This document shows, in pieces, positions 11,621-24,989 of a stretch of 64,000 nt of DNA (position 1 is its first letter; each line of letters starts with the position of its first letter). The position numbers and the translations under genes are program-made. The DNA comes from Chiloscyllium plagiosum (Eukaryota): the NCBI RefSeq assembly GCF_004010195.1, contig NC_057719.1:70514181-70578180 (forward strand), read 5' to 3'. The notes under the pieces were generated by a model. The model saw only the letters and a list, made by a program, of their open reading frames with translations, did not search any database and was not told where the DNA came from.

Positions 11621-12899
11621 TAATTATTCTCAAACAATTGAAGTTAGAAAGTGTGTTAAATACCATCTAACCTGATGATATCATATTGGCTTGGTCAAGA
11701 TTGTGCAGAACTTCATAGGAATGATCTTCTCCAAAGATCTCTTTGGGAACAGCAACATCAGTGCTTAATGAACAAAGTTACAATTATGCAAATAATTTAC
11801 ATCTTGTTAAAACAAGAGTCCCTTCTTATTAAAATTCAATTGTGGTTATTCCACTGCAACTGTTAACTAATTTTGCCAGATAAATCAAAGAGGATTGGTG
11901 GCAGCATTACTGTACCCACAAATATTACAACGATATTGTGAGTACTTGGTAGAAAAGTAAAGAAGAAGCTATAGTGTTCAGACTTTAGCTAACATGGGCA
12001 TAAATGGTCTTGACATTCACATTTAGCTGTTGCATGTTAAATAGTTGAGATGAAGATGTAGCAATTTTTTTTAGTGATGGAATATTTAAAAGCTAGGAAA
12101 ATAGATTTTAATTTGATGCAGGCTGTCAAGGTCACATCATTGCCAACAATGAGATTTTATGAGAAATATAATGAGACAGATTGCAAACCTATTAAAATTA
12201 ATAGAGTTGGATTTTTTTTATAGAAAGATGCACACAAAAAGGTTATTACCACTCTTCTCCACAAAAGTAGCAACACATGACAGGTTTGAAATCCTTTTTA
12301 GTTGGAAGCCTGAAGAAATCACACATTTTCACATCTTCAGCTCACTGGATCCACTTACAGAAATGTTCAAAACTCTCTTCACTGCAGCATTCTCGCTACA
12401 AGAATGAACTTACTAAATAATGACCTGACTCAGTATCTGGGGCATTCACCATTCTCTGTTTCTTGATGACAAAGGAGACAAAGTGTGAGACTTGAATAAA
12501 AATAGCTGTCACTGAAAACATTCTACAATATTTCCTTAAACTTGAACTAGACTAAGAATAAAAAGTTTACACGTGTAACAAAAATTTCAAAATCTTCCTC
12601 TTAACTAAAGGGCAAGTACACGTAAATTGCATTTTTGATATTTTGGAATTTTTATGAATTACAATTACAAATCTTCACCTACTTTAAATAGCTGCTTCTC
12701 TCAGGAGATTAAGTAGTTTGGCTATAGCCCATAATATGAAAGTTATACATTAACAATGGAGATAATTGCTGCATATAGAAATTATCTTTCCTCATTCCAT
12801 AATTTCTAATATTCTTAAATGAACTTGACCAAAATATCCAAGTTTAAATTCACCTCGTCACAAACGTACCAGTAAGCCCAGGACCAGCAGCAACCTTCA

Positions 12900-13790
12900 G
12901 CAGTGGACAAATAGCTTTCATGTGAAGTCCATAGCAGCTGAAGGTCAGCTCAGGATATGGAGAAAGTACCATAGGTGCAGAATCTATCATCCTTAATGCC
13001 ATTTCTTCCAGATGGTTGCAGTGTTAATACACATTGTAGATGTCAAAGGATACACTGTCACAACCTTTGACCAATAAATGCTGAAACCAATGAAATTTGT
13101 GCTGGTTCACATTGCTTCATCTCATTTCCTGTGACAAACTCAGTGCTACAGCCCAGACAGCCCAGACAGTAGGCATCCATGTGATGTAAGCTGCTATAGA
13201 CTGCACAGTTATTGTTTGAAATCACTGTTTCAAAATACAATAAACTTCATCAACTGAAAGCATTTCCATTCCATTAATGTGCAAGTCATCTGTGATCATC
13301 AGTATCACATTCTACAAGTCTGTACGGATACCTAAAGGTAACCTGAGAGCTGCCATGATAACCCTATCCTTGAGGATTCCTATGTTCCTGCTTCATTTTA
13401 AGGGCTGGATGCCTTACCAGGATGGCTGCTGGGAGAAAAGGGCTGGTAACTCTACCCCTGACTGTCGCCCAGCATTGATACATTGCCCATTCCTTGACCA
13501 GGGCCATTAGGGAGCAGACAATACTTGCAGATGATAACATTCCCATCTTTGGAACAATCTTGGGTGCCATTGCAGTACAATCCAGAATGTATAGCATAAT
13601 GCTAACATGCTGTGGTCTGCAAAGCTGAAGCCGGTTATCTCGGGATTTGATGAACTCTGATGAGAACAGTAGCCATCTTCTGAGGAGGAAGATAATGACA
13701 TTGAGTGAGAGGAACGTCATATTTAGCATGCTAGAACAATGCAGCATCAGTGCAACAAACTGCACAGGACATTGTTAACATCAATGGATA
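12900..13790 (+). pseudogene. PIF/Harbinger (HARBI1-like) DDE transposase fossil
   Basis: Across frames: AAIDCTVI (about 13190), FIN*KHFHSINVQVICDHQ (13246-13302), SCHDNPIL, GWLLGEKG, LQYNPE...LTCCGL, then an acidic tail. Confidence 0.82.
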
Positions 13791-13985
13791 TGTTATTTTT
13801 GCTCTAAAGGCAAGTAGTTTCCCAGAGGCAAATCCAGCTTTTCTTTCTTTATTTTAACTACGCTTTTGTTGTTGTTGTAAAGAAGTGAATGTTTTCAGCC
13901 ATTTGGAGGCTGTCCAGTATGTGATGCTCCCAAATTAAACATGGAGGAGGCATTATTATTACACGGCATTAGGCAAAGAGTGATC

Positions 13986-14177
13986 AAAATAGAAATTGCT
14001 GGAAAAGCGCAGCAAGTCTGGCAGCATCTGTGGAGAGAAACTGAGTTCTGAGGAAGGTCACTTGACCCAAAATATTAACTCTGATTTCTCTCCATAGATA
14101 CTGCCAGGCCTACAGAACTTGTCCAGCAATTCCTACTTCGTCTCTGATTTAAAGTATCCACAGTTTTTTCAGGTTTT
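13986..14177. mobile_element. Miniature fold-back PLE family-C remnant with HHR-like core
   Basis: 13986-14044 is the reverse complement of the downstream tail; CTGAGGA (14048) - GGTCA CT TGACC - CAAAA (GAAA decayed). Confidence 0.7.
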
Positions 14178-14195
14178 ACAAGGATAGGATGACGG

Positions 14196-14252
14196 TCAGG
14201 ATGGGTAAGCTGAGCTCAGGATGGGTAAGCTGAGCTCAGGATGGGTAAGCTG
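14196..14252 (+). repeat. Tandem repeat, 20-bp unit TCAGGATGGGTAAGCTGAGC, about 2.8 copies
   Basis: Directly visible identical units. Confidence 0.95.
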
Positions 14253-14879
14253 TTAGGATGGAGATTACAATGAAAGTCATACAGACAGGTGATGATAGAA
14301 AATTTACAACTGTGAGCTTCTCTTTCTGTGAGGTGCTGCCTGTGCCATCCATGTGCTGTTAGAAGCTTTTGTTTCTCATTCCCCTCCCACTACGTGTACT
14401 GTGAAGGGCAACAAGTGGTTGACATCACTGGACTTTGAATATAACCCCAGCGTCAGGAATCCAGGCAGTGATGACTGCTTCTGCCACAGCTGAGCATAAG
14501 TGGTGTGCCACAGAGGTGTGTGCATAGTGAATGAGGTAGCTGCAGACAATTGTATAAGAAAACCTACCAGGGTTTGCAGAGGGAAGATACCAGAAACTTC
14601 CCAAAATTAACTGATTTTTGCTACAATCTAGTCCAAAAAATATTTTGTTGCCTGAAAAGTGCTTTGGGACTGTCCTGAGAATATAAAAAGATGTTATTTA
14701 AATGCTAGGCCTTATATTCTTTTCCTTTCCACAGTTGATGTTTCATTTCCTCATGATATAAACATAGTATTTTGAAAGCTGTCAGTTTTCCAGGATTGCT
14801 GGGTTTCCTTTGATCCTTCAACATTGCGGCTCTCTGCATTTTATTAACATTTTAACATGACTTTGTTGTCTCATTCAAG

Positions 14880-15685
14880 TATTGAACTGAATTTGCTTTA
14901 TTGTGACCTGTACTCAAATGAGTAGAGTGAAAAGTTAATAGTCACCGCATTACAGCGCCATCTTAGCACAGATACTCAAGATCAAATTCTTCAGAAATAA
15001 CAAAATATTAGAAAAGTAAATCTTTCTGACCCTGTCCATGCTAGCACCAAGCCTCAAGAGAGGTCTCCACCAACACCTCATCACCACCTGCACTGGGCAC
15101 ACCAATGTAGCAGTCACCCCTCATAAGTCGCCATCTCTTCACCGCTGGGCCCACTTCACTGACTCCACTGAACCCACACTCGCTCTACACCTAAAAGTAC
15201 CTGGCTCCGCTGCCAGGCCAGGCCAGGCCGCTGGGCCATGAGTTCCACTTGGGCTGCAGATGTCACCTTGCCAGCACCACCAACTTGAAGAGTCCACTGC
15301 CAGCATCGCTGTTCCTGATCACTGATTTGCTGCTGCAGGCCCTGAGCACCAGGAGAACAATTTTGCTGCTGCTGCTGCCGTCAGTCCCGTCACCGGGAGA
15401 ATGACCTCGCTGCTGCTACATTTGGCCCCAAACTCCGGGCGAACATACTTGCTACCACTGCCACAGGACCTGAATGGCAAGAGTGAATGCACTCACTGCC
15501 CCCTCTTGCTGCCGCCCAGATGCTGCTGATCAACCCACCATAGGTAAGAAGAAGAAAAAATCGATCAATTAAAAGGAAAATAAAACAAAAAAAAAAGAGC
15601 AGAAGCAAAAGCAAAACAAACAAGAAAAACACATGGCAGCAGACGGACTCTGGGCAAGCAGCCATTACTCTGCCGCTATCTTGTA
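14880..15685 (-). mobile_element. Non-autonomous retroposon with a Rex-Babar/L2-like 3' tail
   Basis: Minus tail ttttcactctactcatttgagtacaggtcacaataaagc; 5' end CAAGATAGCGGCAGAG followed by a T-rich tract; related tails at about 24780-24830 (+) and 53315-53395 (-). Confidence 0.5.
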
Positions 15686-16364
15686 CCAGAACTGGTATTG
15701 CCAATTCGTTCATGCATCTCTGTTTGCCAAGAATCATTTTGTTTTTTCGCTTCTGAAGTATTTTGTTAAAAAACTCTGATGAATAATTCAGAGTGAAAAC
15801 GCTGGCTTTAGATTTCAGACTTCTTACTGGTGCAAACAGAAACAACAGTACAACAGAATATGGTTTTGGAAGGATTTGTCATCAGTTGTCTAATACAGGC
15901 AGATGCTGCAGCAACTTTCTGTTGGTTTATTGGGTGTGTTAGAAGCAGCAGTTCAGATATGTTACAGTAGTTAATTCGATAAAGAAAAGTATACAATTAT
16001 GACAACTGGGGATGGTTCACTACAGGACAAACAGGCTGTTGAAGTGGAACATGTCAATCTTCTTAATGCTCTGAAAGTAGTATCCTGTCTTTGGCTAAGG
16101 TGTAAGGGTACTCTTCCTTGGCATCCTGGGTCTGGCTTCTTTTCATCTGGTTCATCTTGCATCTGGAGAAAATAATTCTCATAGATCAGCTGACTGATGA
16201 GATCACCCAATGAAGTTTGCCCAATAAAGATTAACCAATAAGGACCCCTGACCACTAGTTGATAGCTCTTTTTCTGAGAACAAAAGCAGATTTTTTTGGT
16301 AACATAATTGGCCATGCACTCTCAAATTAATTTTTACTTTTAAGCTGGAGAAACTCAGCATTTT

Positions 16365-16965
16365 GTTGGTCATAACACTGAGTATAGGAGTTGGGAGGTC
16401 ATGTTGTGGCTGTATTGGACATTGGTGAGGCCACATTTGGAAAGCTGTGTGCAATTCTGGTCAACCTTCTATAGGAAGGTTGTTGTTAAACTTGAGAGGG
16501 TGCAGAAAAGATTTACAAGGATGTTGTCAGGACTGGAGGGTTTGAGCTACAGGGAGAAACTGAATACACGGGCTTTTTTCCCTGGACCATCTGAGACTGA
16601 GGGGTGACCTTGTAGAGGTTTATAAAATCATGAGGGACATGGATAAGGTAAATAGACAGGTCTTTTTTCTACGGTGGAGAAATCCAAAACTAGAGTGCAA
16701 AGGTTTAAGGCGAGAGGGGAAAGATTTTAAAGGGACCTAATGGGCAACTTGCACAGAGGATGGTGCACATATGGAACGAGCTGTTAGAGGAAGTGGTACA
16801 GATGTGTACAATTACAACATTTAAAATGCATCTGGATGGGTTTATGAATAGGAAGGGTTTAGAGGAATATGGGTCAAGTGCTGGCAAATAGGACATGTCA
16901 GACTGGGATGTCTGGTCAGTGTGGATGAGTCAGACCGATAATCTGTTTCTGTGCTGTATAACTCG
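16365..16965 (+). mobile_element. CR1 3' end
   Basis: ORF MLWLYWTLVRPHLESCVQFWS...LERVQKRFTRML. Confidence 0.92.
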
Positions 16966-17792
16966 ATGTTTATCTTTTGTTCAGATCCTGTGTAAAAAGC
17001 TTTTAAGAAAGTACTATTTGTACATTTGTACTTGAAATGCTATGTATATTTCTGTTTGCCACATTATTGAAAAGGAAATTGGAGATATAAGTTATTGGAA
17101 AGTGTGTAAATTAGAGATGACAACAGATTTGTGAGGTTATATTTATCAGGAGAAAATAAACAGCCTGGGGTTATTTTCTCTTAAAAAAAGCAACACTGAG
17201 GGATGATTATAGAAATCATTTAAACTCTGGAAGATTATGGAAGACGAGGCAGAGAAGGTCAAATTCAGGATGACTCATTGGATTTTTAAAATGGTGGTAA
17301 GACTTGGAGGTTGAAGTTCCATCCCATTTCTGACAGATCACCTAGTTCATAGGGGAAGTAGGGGAGACGTGTGACTCACAAGAGGGACTCAGCAGGGCCA
17401 TTTGTACTCAACACTGAGTTTAAGTGGACCCTGTTTTGGGTGTTGAAAGGGGCTGAACCCATAACCTGACAGTCACAAGTTTGTGAAGTAGACATAAATG
17501 CTCTTGAAGAATGGATAATATCTGTGAAACAGTTACAATTTGTTTTTTCTTTACAATTCTCTTCAAACTATGGACAAAATTGACTGAAGTTATTGTTGAT
17601 TGTTGAGAAGAAAATTCTGCTGCTTTGCTTTGTTTGACAGGCTAGTTGGTGTAATATGTCTTCTTGCAGTTTTGTTTATAGTTTCTTAAAGGCTATTAAT
17701 ACATCATTATGCAAGGTTGGCTTGCTTTCAGAAGTTTCAACTACCTCAGGAGGGGTCCTGAATTCACAGCTTAGTGTTGACTGTTTTTAATT

Positions 17793-17824
17793 GGGGGCGG
17801 GGGGGGGGGGTGGTGGGGGGGGGG
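17793..17824 (+). repeat. Poly-G tract with G-quadruplex potential
   Basis: GGGGGCGGGGGGGGGGGGTGGTGGGGGGGGGG. Confidence 0.9.
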
Positions 17825-17849
17825 TGATATGAAAAGAAATCTTTTTCAA

Positions 17850-18135
17850 TAATATGTGGAATTAAAAGCTAGTCTCATGATGACCATATAACCACTGCTG
17901 ATTGTTGTAAAAGTCTATCCAGCTCACTAATGCCTTTTAAGGAAGGAAACTACCATCCTTACAGGGATGTCTATATATGACTCTAGACCCCAGCAATGCA
18001 GTTGACTCTTAACTGCTTTTTGAGATGGTCTGGCAAAAAACACAGTTGTATCAAGCTCCTCTAGGCTAATTAAGGAATGGTATTCAATGCTGGCCTAGCC
18101 AATGAAGCCGACGTCCCATGCACACATTAGGAAAA
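17850..18135 (+). mobile_element. SINE body and tail (same family as 60305-60650)
   Basis: gatgaccat...ctcactaatgccttttaaggaaggaaactaccatccttac...cagcaatgcagttgactcttaactgc...tgctggcctagcc. Confidence 0.75.
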
Positions 18136-18479
18136 TCTAAGAAGTTAGAATCTTAGGAGGTGACATGACTTGAAGGAGCAGAGAATGGAAGGTTCTGCTG
18201 ATGGTTAGATGATGAAAAATGGGATGAGGCTTATCTAAATCATCAGGGACATGTATTCAAAACACACTACAGCAGCTGGGGATTACAATTCAATGAATTA
18301 AGTAGATCTGGAGTAAAAAGCTGGTTTCAATAATGGCATCAATTAGATTGCTACCTTGTTAGAGAAACAAATTTTGGTTTACTGAAGTCCATCTGCTGTC
18401 CTTGCCTGACCTGACCTATGTGTGACTGTAGGCCAACAGTGGTGATAACTATTAACTGTCCGAGCTCAATAATCACGAG

Positions 18480-19290
18480 AGCTTCACTCACCTTCCACCC
18501 AACCAACCTCTGGATGCATCATATCATCCTCTGCCATTTCCACCACCTACAAACAGACTCCACCACCAGAGATATATTTCCCTCCCCACCCCTATCTGCG
18601 TTCCACAGAAACAATTCTCTCTGAGACTCCCTTGTTAGGTCCACATCCCCCACCAACCCACCTTCTACTCCCCACACCTTCACCGCAAGACGTATAAAAC
18701 CTGCGCCCACACCTTCCCATCACCTCCACCAAAGGCCCCAAAGGGACCATCCACATCTGACAGAAATTTTCCTGCACATACACACGTCACCTACTGTGTC
18801 CATTGCTCTTAATGTAGTCTCCTCTACATTGGGGAGAGAGGATACCAACTTGTGGAACGTTTCAGAGAATATCTCTGGGACACATGCATTAAACAACCCA
18901 CCACTCTGTGGCCAAACATTTCAACTCCCCCTCCCACTCTGCCAAGGACATGCAAGTCCTGGGGCTCCTCCACTGCCAAATTCTAACCACCTGACGCCTG
19001 GAGGAAGAACACCTCACCTTCCGCCTTTGGACCATCCAACCACACGGGAATAATGTCGATTGCACCAGTTTCCTCATCTCCCCTCCCCTCACTTCATCCC
19101 AGATCCAACCCTTCAACACAGCACCACCATCTTGAACTGTCCTACCTGTCCATCTTCCTTCCCACCTATCCGTTCCGCCCTCCTTCTGATCTATCACCCC
19201 ACCTTCATCTACTTATCGCCTATTGTATTCCCAGCTACCTTCCCCCCGACTGTTTTTTCAGCACCACATTTTTTCACTCGTGTCAATGAT
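18480..19290 (+). mobile_element. PLE family A-related 3' fragment (GIY-YIG endonuclease and 3' UTR, HHR segment deleted)
   Basis: LTFHPTNL...HFHHLQTDSTTRDIFPSPPLSAF matches 2480-2600; ctctacattggggaga (LYIGE) at about 18822. Confidence 0.9.
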
Positions 19291-20879
19291 CATGAGCATG
19301 CTTCACCAACACCTTCATAAAAACAATTGGAGTTTGGCCAGAAATGTTGGCTTTGGCAACTTGTGAACATTTTTCTTAAAAGTTAATGCATAATCCCACA
19401 TATTTATTGCAGTGACAGCATAAAAGCAAAATGAATTGTTGGAAGCACTAAAAATAATAGAATTGAAAGAAAGCAATGAACATTCTAAAGAATCTGACAT
19501 AAATTATAGTTGGCAGAACCTATCAATCCTTGGAGTATTTTAGAAAATCCACAAAGGGTGGTATGTCACATGCTACTTATGCCTTGTGATTAGAAATAAG
19601 ACTTTCTTCAACATTCAAAAATAGATTAACATAGGTAGAAATTGGCAACAGTTCTTGGAATGGAGCTGACTGTATCATCCTGGCATAAGGAACTAATATT
19701 GTTTAATGATATTTGAAAGAAAATCCTAAAGATGTGAAGCAAATCTGCCAAGAAACCAAATAGATTAGTCAAAGATATGCAGTGTGGTCCTTTAACAATC
19801 GATCTGTGGCTGCCAAATGTTTCCAGTTAGATCATGTGAGGAAAAAACATATAATGATGATGATGAAATGCTAATCATTATGCAGCTCTTTACACTTGCA
19901 AATTCTTATTTTAATGAACACCATCATTTGTGCTTGAAATAAACCTATTTGAGTGGCATAGCTACATCATGTCTATGAACCTTGCTTTTGATTCTAGGAA
20001 TAGGTTTTATAGGTATGTCATTTATTGTTTCTAATATGACTAAGATGATAAATTATTCTGATTCAGAAGCAGTTTTTAGTTTCAAGAATCAATTGCCCTA
20101 GTAATTGTCTTAATTTTGACATCTTAAGTTGAAGGTCATATTAAACATAACTTTACTGACAAAACTTTAGTTAAAAAAATTCAAAAAATGCAATAATTCA
20201 GAGTTAGATTCATTTTAACTTCATTTTTATTTCTTTTTTAAAATACATGCACTACATGTACTTACTTATATATTCAAGTTTTGCATTCCAACAGAAACTC
20301 ATTGCAATTCGCAGCTCCCAATTGCTTTCATTTTAGGAAATAAAGATTATTAAAAGCTTCTTTGGTGAAGAAAAAAAAAGTTGCCAACCACTGAAACAAT
20401 TCATGAAAGATCTTGTGAAACTCAACAGGAAGATGAGATAATAATGTAAAAATTAATCTGTGCTAATTTGACCAGCTTCAACTTAAATCTATGGATAGAA
20501 CTGTTTCAATAACTTCACTTTCAACATTGTGTCATTACTCAAAAGAAGTATTCCTATATATGATGACTAATTAACATGAGCAAAATGAATATCTTATTAC
20601 TTTTACTAACATATTTTGCTAGTAACCTTCTGAGTTTACAGCTGAGTTGCAAAATCGCTGATCCATATTAATCAAGCCAACATCCTTGGTTTTATAGTTA
20701 GCAATGACAGATATGTAGGATATTGACTAATATCATTTTGTGAGTGCTTCAAAGAGCAATAATGCTTGGAAATCTTTGATATATATTACAGCAACATTGT
20801 TCAGTAAGATTTGTTGATTGTTACATCAGTAAGAGTTCTCATTCGAAAGTGCGAGCTCAGAAATGGGTGGAATCACAGA

Positions 20880-20985
20880 GGTATCAAAGCTGGAAGCTTA
20901 GGTCAGTTTTACAGATAGAAAGGAGGTATTCCACAAAGCAGTCACCCAGTTTGTGTTTTGTCTTCCCAATGTAGAGGAGAGTGTT
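20880..20985 (-). mobile_element. PLE GIY-YIG fragment
   Basis: Minus strand YIGKTKHKLGDCFVEYLLSICK. Confidence 0.7.
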
Positions 20986-21089
20986 TGAGGATGATATTGC
21001 AGGCAACAATGAGAGTGAGAGATGTCAGTTACAAGAGCAGAGAGACAGTGAATATGAGGTATGAGGAAGAAGATGGTAATATCTGCACT

Positions 21090-21325
21090 GGTGAAGTGAA
21101 GAAGCACATTAACCTTCTTCCGATGCTTCCTACATTTCTCCAGATGACTGAAACGATTTGAAACCAGATGGTAACCCGAGTTCAGACCAGAATGGCCTGG
21201 TAAAGTGACCTCTACTACGAGCTCTGAATGAGGAAAAGGTCCCACACTGGCACCATCCCATCTGCTAAGACTTCCAGGACACTGCCCACAAAACAGGTTG
21301 TCACTTTTCAAATGTCTGGAATGTC
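21090..21325 (-). pseudogene. Harbinger Myb/SANT-like ORF fossil
   Basis: CFVGSVLEVLADGMV...IWRN.../HRKKVNVLLHF; similar to 36945-37160. Confidence 0.6.
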
Positions 21326-21407
21326 CAGGACAAACGTTAGGAGTTGAGCAGGGCACCTCTGGACTGGCAGGCGCACAACTGGCCTCAAGTTTGCGACAGC
21401 AGATATT

Positions 21408-24400
21408 ACATAGAACATAGAACATTACAGTGCAGTACAGACCCTTCAGCCCTTGATGTTGCACCAACCTGTGGAACTAATCTGAAGCCCATCTAACCTA
21501 CATTATTCCATTCTCGCCCATATGCCTATCCAATGACCATTTAAATGCCCTTAAAGTTGGCGAGTCTGCCTCTGTTGCATGCAGTGTGTGTTCCATGCCC
21601 CTACTACTCTCTGAGTAAAGAAACTACCTCTGACACCTTTCCTATATCTATCACCCCTCAATTTAAAACTATGTTCCACTCATGCTAGCTATCACTGTCC
21701 AAGGAAAAAGGCTCTCACTATCCAAAATATCTAAGTCACTGATTACCTTATATGCCTCAATTAAGTCACATCTCAACCTTCTTCTCTCTAATGAAAACAG
21801 TCTCAGGTCCTTTAGCCTTTCCTCATAAGACCTTCCCTCCATATGAGTCAACATCCTAGTAAATCTCCTCTGAACCCTTTCCAAAGCTTCCACATCTGTC
21901 CCATAATGTGGTGATCAGAACTGTACGCAATACTCCGAGAGCGGCCCCTCCAGAGTTTTGTATAGCTGCAACATGACCTCGTGGCTCCGAAACTCAATCC
22001 CTCTATCAATAAAAGCTAACATACCATATGACCTCTTAACAACCCTATCAACCTTGGCGGCAACTTTCAAGGATCTATGTACATGGACAACGAGATTTCT
22101 ACTTATCTACACTCTCAAGAATCTTACCATTAGCCCAGTACTCTCCATTCCTGCTGCTCCTTCCAAAGTGAATAACCTCACAATTTTCCACATTAAACTT
22201 CATTTTCCACCTCTCAACCCAGCTCTGCAGCTTATTGTTGTCCTTCTGTAACCTACAACATCCTTCAGCATTATCCATAACTCTACCAACCTTAGTGTCA
22301 TCTGCAAATTTACTAACCCATCCTTCTATGCCCTTATCTAGTAGTGGATCCAAAGCAGGTCCTTGCAGTACACCACTAGTAACTGAACTCCAGCATGAAG
22401 ATTTCCCATCAATTACCATCCTCTGTCTTCTATGAGCTAGCTAATTTCAATCCAAACCACAAAATTACCCTCAATCCCATGCTTCAGTACTTTGTGCAAT
22501 AGCTTACTGTAGGGAGCCTTATCAAATGCCTTACTGAAAGCTATATAAACACCACATCAACCGTTATACCCTCATCCACCTGTTTGATCATCTTCTCAAA
22601 GAACACAATAAGGTTTGTGAGGCATGACCTACCCTTCACAAAACTGAGTTGACTATCCCTAATCAACTTATTCCTTTCTAGATGATTATAAATCCTATCT
22701 CTTATAACCTTTTCCAACACTATATCCACAACCAAAGTAAGGCTCACAGATCTATAATTATCAGGGTTGTCTCTACTTCTCTTCTTGAACAAGGAGACGA
22801 CATTTGCTATCCTCCAGTCTTCTGGCACTATGCCTGTAGACAATGATAACATAAAGATCAAAGCCAAAGACTCAGCAATCTTCTCCCTGCCTTCCTAGAG
22901 AATCCTAGGACAAATCCCATCCGACCCATGTGACTTATCTATTTTCACACTTTCCAGAATTGCTAACACCTCCTCCTTGTGAACCTCAATCCTGCCTAGT
23001 CTCGTAGACTGTATCTCAGTATTCTCCTTGTCAACATTGTCTTTTTCCAGTGTGAATACTGACGAAAAATATTCATTTAGCACTTCTCCTATCTCCTCGG
23101 ACACCACACACAACTTCCCACTACTGCCCTTGATTGGCCCTAATCATACTCTAGTCGGTCTTTTATTCCTAATATTACCTATAGGAAGCTTTAGCATGTT
23201 CCTTGATCCTATCTGCCAGTGACTTCTCATGTCCCCTCTTGGCTCTTCTTAGCTCTTTCTTTAGGTCCTTTCTGGCTAACTTGTAACTCTCAAGCACACT
23301 AACTGAGCCATCACATCTCATCCTAACATAAGCCTTCTTCTTCCTCCTGACAAGTGATTCAATTTTTTTAGTAAACCACAGATCCCTTGCTTGACCACTT
23401 GCTCCCTGCCTGACAGGTACATTCTTAGCAAGGATACACAGTAGCAATTCCTTGAATAAGCTCCACATTTCAATTGTGCCTATCCCCTGCAATTCTTTAA
23501 ATTGTTTCAATTGTTTCCTTCCCCACTCTATGCATCCTAAATCTTGTCTAATCGCATCATAATTGCCATTCCTCCAGCTATAATTCTTGCCCAGTGGTAT
23601 ATATCTATCCCTTTCCATCACTCAAGTAAGCATAACCAAATTGCAGTCACTATCACCAAAGTCCTCACCTACTTCCAAATCTAACACCTGGCAGGTTTCA
23701 TTACCCAGTACCAAATTCAATATGGCCTTGCCCCTTGTTGGCCTGTCTACATACTGTGTCAGGAAATCCTCCTGCACACATTGGGCAAAAACTGACCCAT
23801 CAAAAGTACTCGAATTATAGCATTTCCAGTCAATATTTGGAAAGTTAAAGACCCCATAACAACTATCCTATTACTCTCGCTCCTATCCATAAACATCTTT
23901 GCTATCCTTTCCTCCACATCTGTGGAACTGTTCAGAGGCCTACAGAAAACTCCCAACAGGGTGACCGCTTCTTTCCTGTTTCTAACCTCAGCCCACAGTA
24001 CCTCAGTAGATGAGTCCTCAAATGTCCTTTCTACCACCGTAATACTGTCCTTGACTAACAATGGCACACCACGCCTCTTTTAACATCTTCTCTGTTCTTA
24101 CGAAAACATCTAAGTCCTGGAACATGCAACAACCATTCTACTCTATCCATGTCTCCGAAATGACCACAACATCAAGTCCCAGGTACCAACTAATGCTGCA
24201 AATTCATCCACCTTATTCCAGGTGCTCCTGGTGTTGACATAAACACACTTCAAACAACCCTCCTGCCTGCCGGTGCACTCTTGAGACTTTGAAACCTTAT
24301 TTCTGACCTCACTACTCTCAACCTCCTGGACACTGGAACTGCCATTTAGTTTCCCATCCCCGTGCTGAATTAGTTTAAACCCTCCCACTAGCAAATATTA

Positions 24401-24680
24401 CCACCCCACTCCTCCCCCCCCTCCCCCACCTCCAGATACTGGTGCCCCTCTGGTTCAGGTGTAGACCATCTTGCTTGTAGAGGTCCCACTTAGCCCTGAA
24501 TAAGCCCCAATTATCCAGGTATCCAAAACCCTCCCTCCAACACCATTCCTGTAGCCACGCGTTCAATGCCTCTTTCTCCCTATTCCTCGCCTCGCTAGCA
24601 CATAGCATGGATAACAAATCAGAGATGTTAACTCTGTTTGTTCTACCTCTAAGCTTCCACTCTACCTCCCTGAATGTTAT
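21408..24680 (-). mobile_element. CR1 LINE, 3.3 kb, with ORF1 SGNH-esterase end, APE endonuclease and RT (degenerate)
   Basis: LNAWLQEWCWREGFGYLDNW...LYKQDGLHLNQRGT; VLWAEVRNRK; EDWRIANVVSLFKK...NYRSVSLT; WVSKFADDTKVG; LERVQRRFTRML; (ttctatg) tail at 21408-21425. Confidence 0.95.
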
Positions 24681-24989
24681 TCTCTCATTTCTTATAACCA
24701 TTCTTTGCTCTGTCTAAGCACCTCATGATCTGTATGTCCTTGTTTGCTATGATCTTGTGGCACTGCTAGCAAGACAAAAGGTTTTCACTGTACTTGGTAC
24801 ATGGACTACAATAAATCAAATCAAATTAAATCTAAAGATGGCACTGACACAACAGATACCAGTGAATCCTGAAGCATCAACTGAGTAGCAAGTTGTTCCA
24901 GGAAAGGTGTGTGGTCAAATAATGTAAAAATCGGGCCTGAGAGATTTCTTTAAAGACATTATAGGTAATTAATGAGACAAATTTGTTAA

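Noticed and set aside
14196..14252. 20-bp repeats as a CRISPR-like array
   Set aside because: Head-to-tail tandem units with no spacers, in a eukaryotic context
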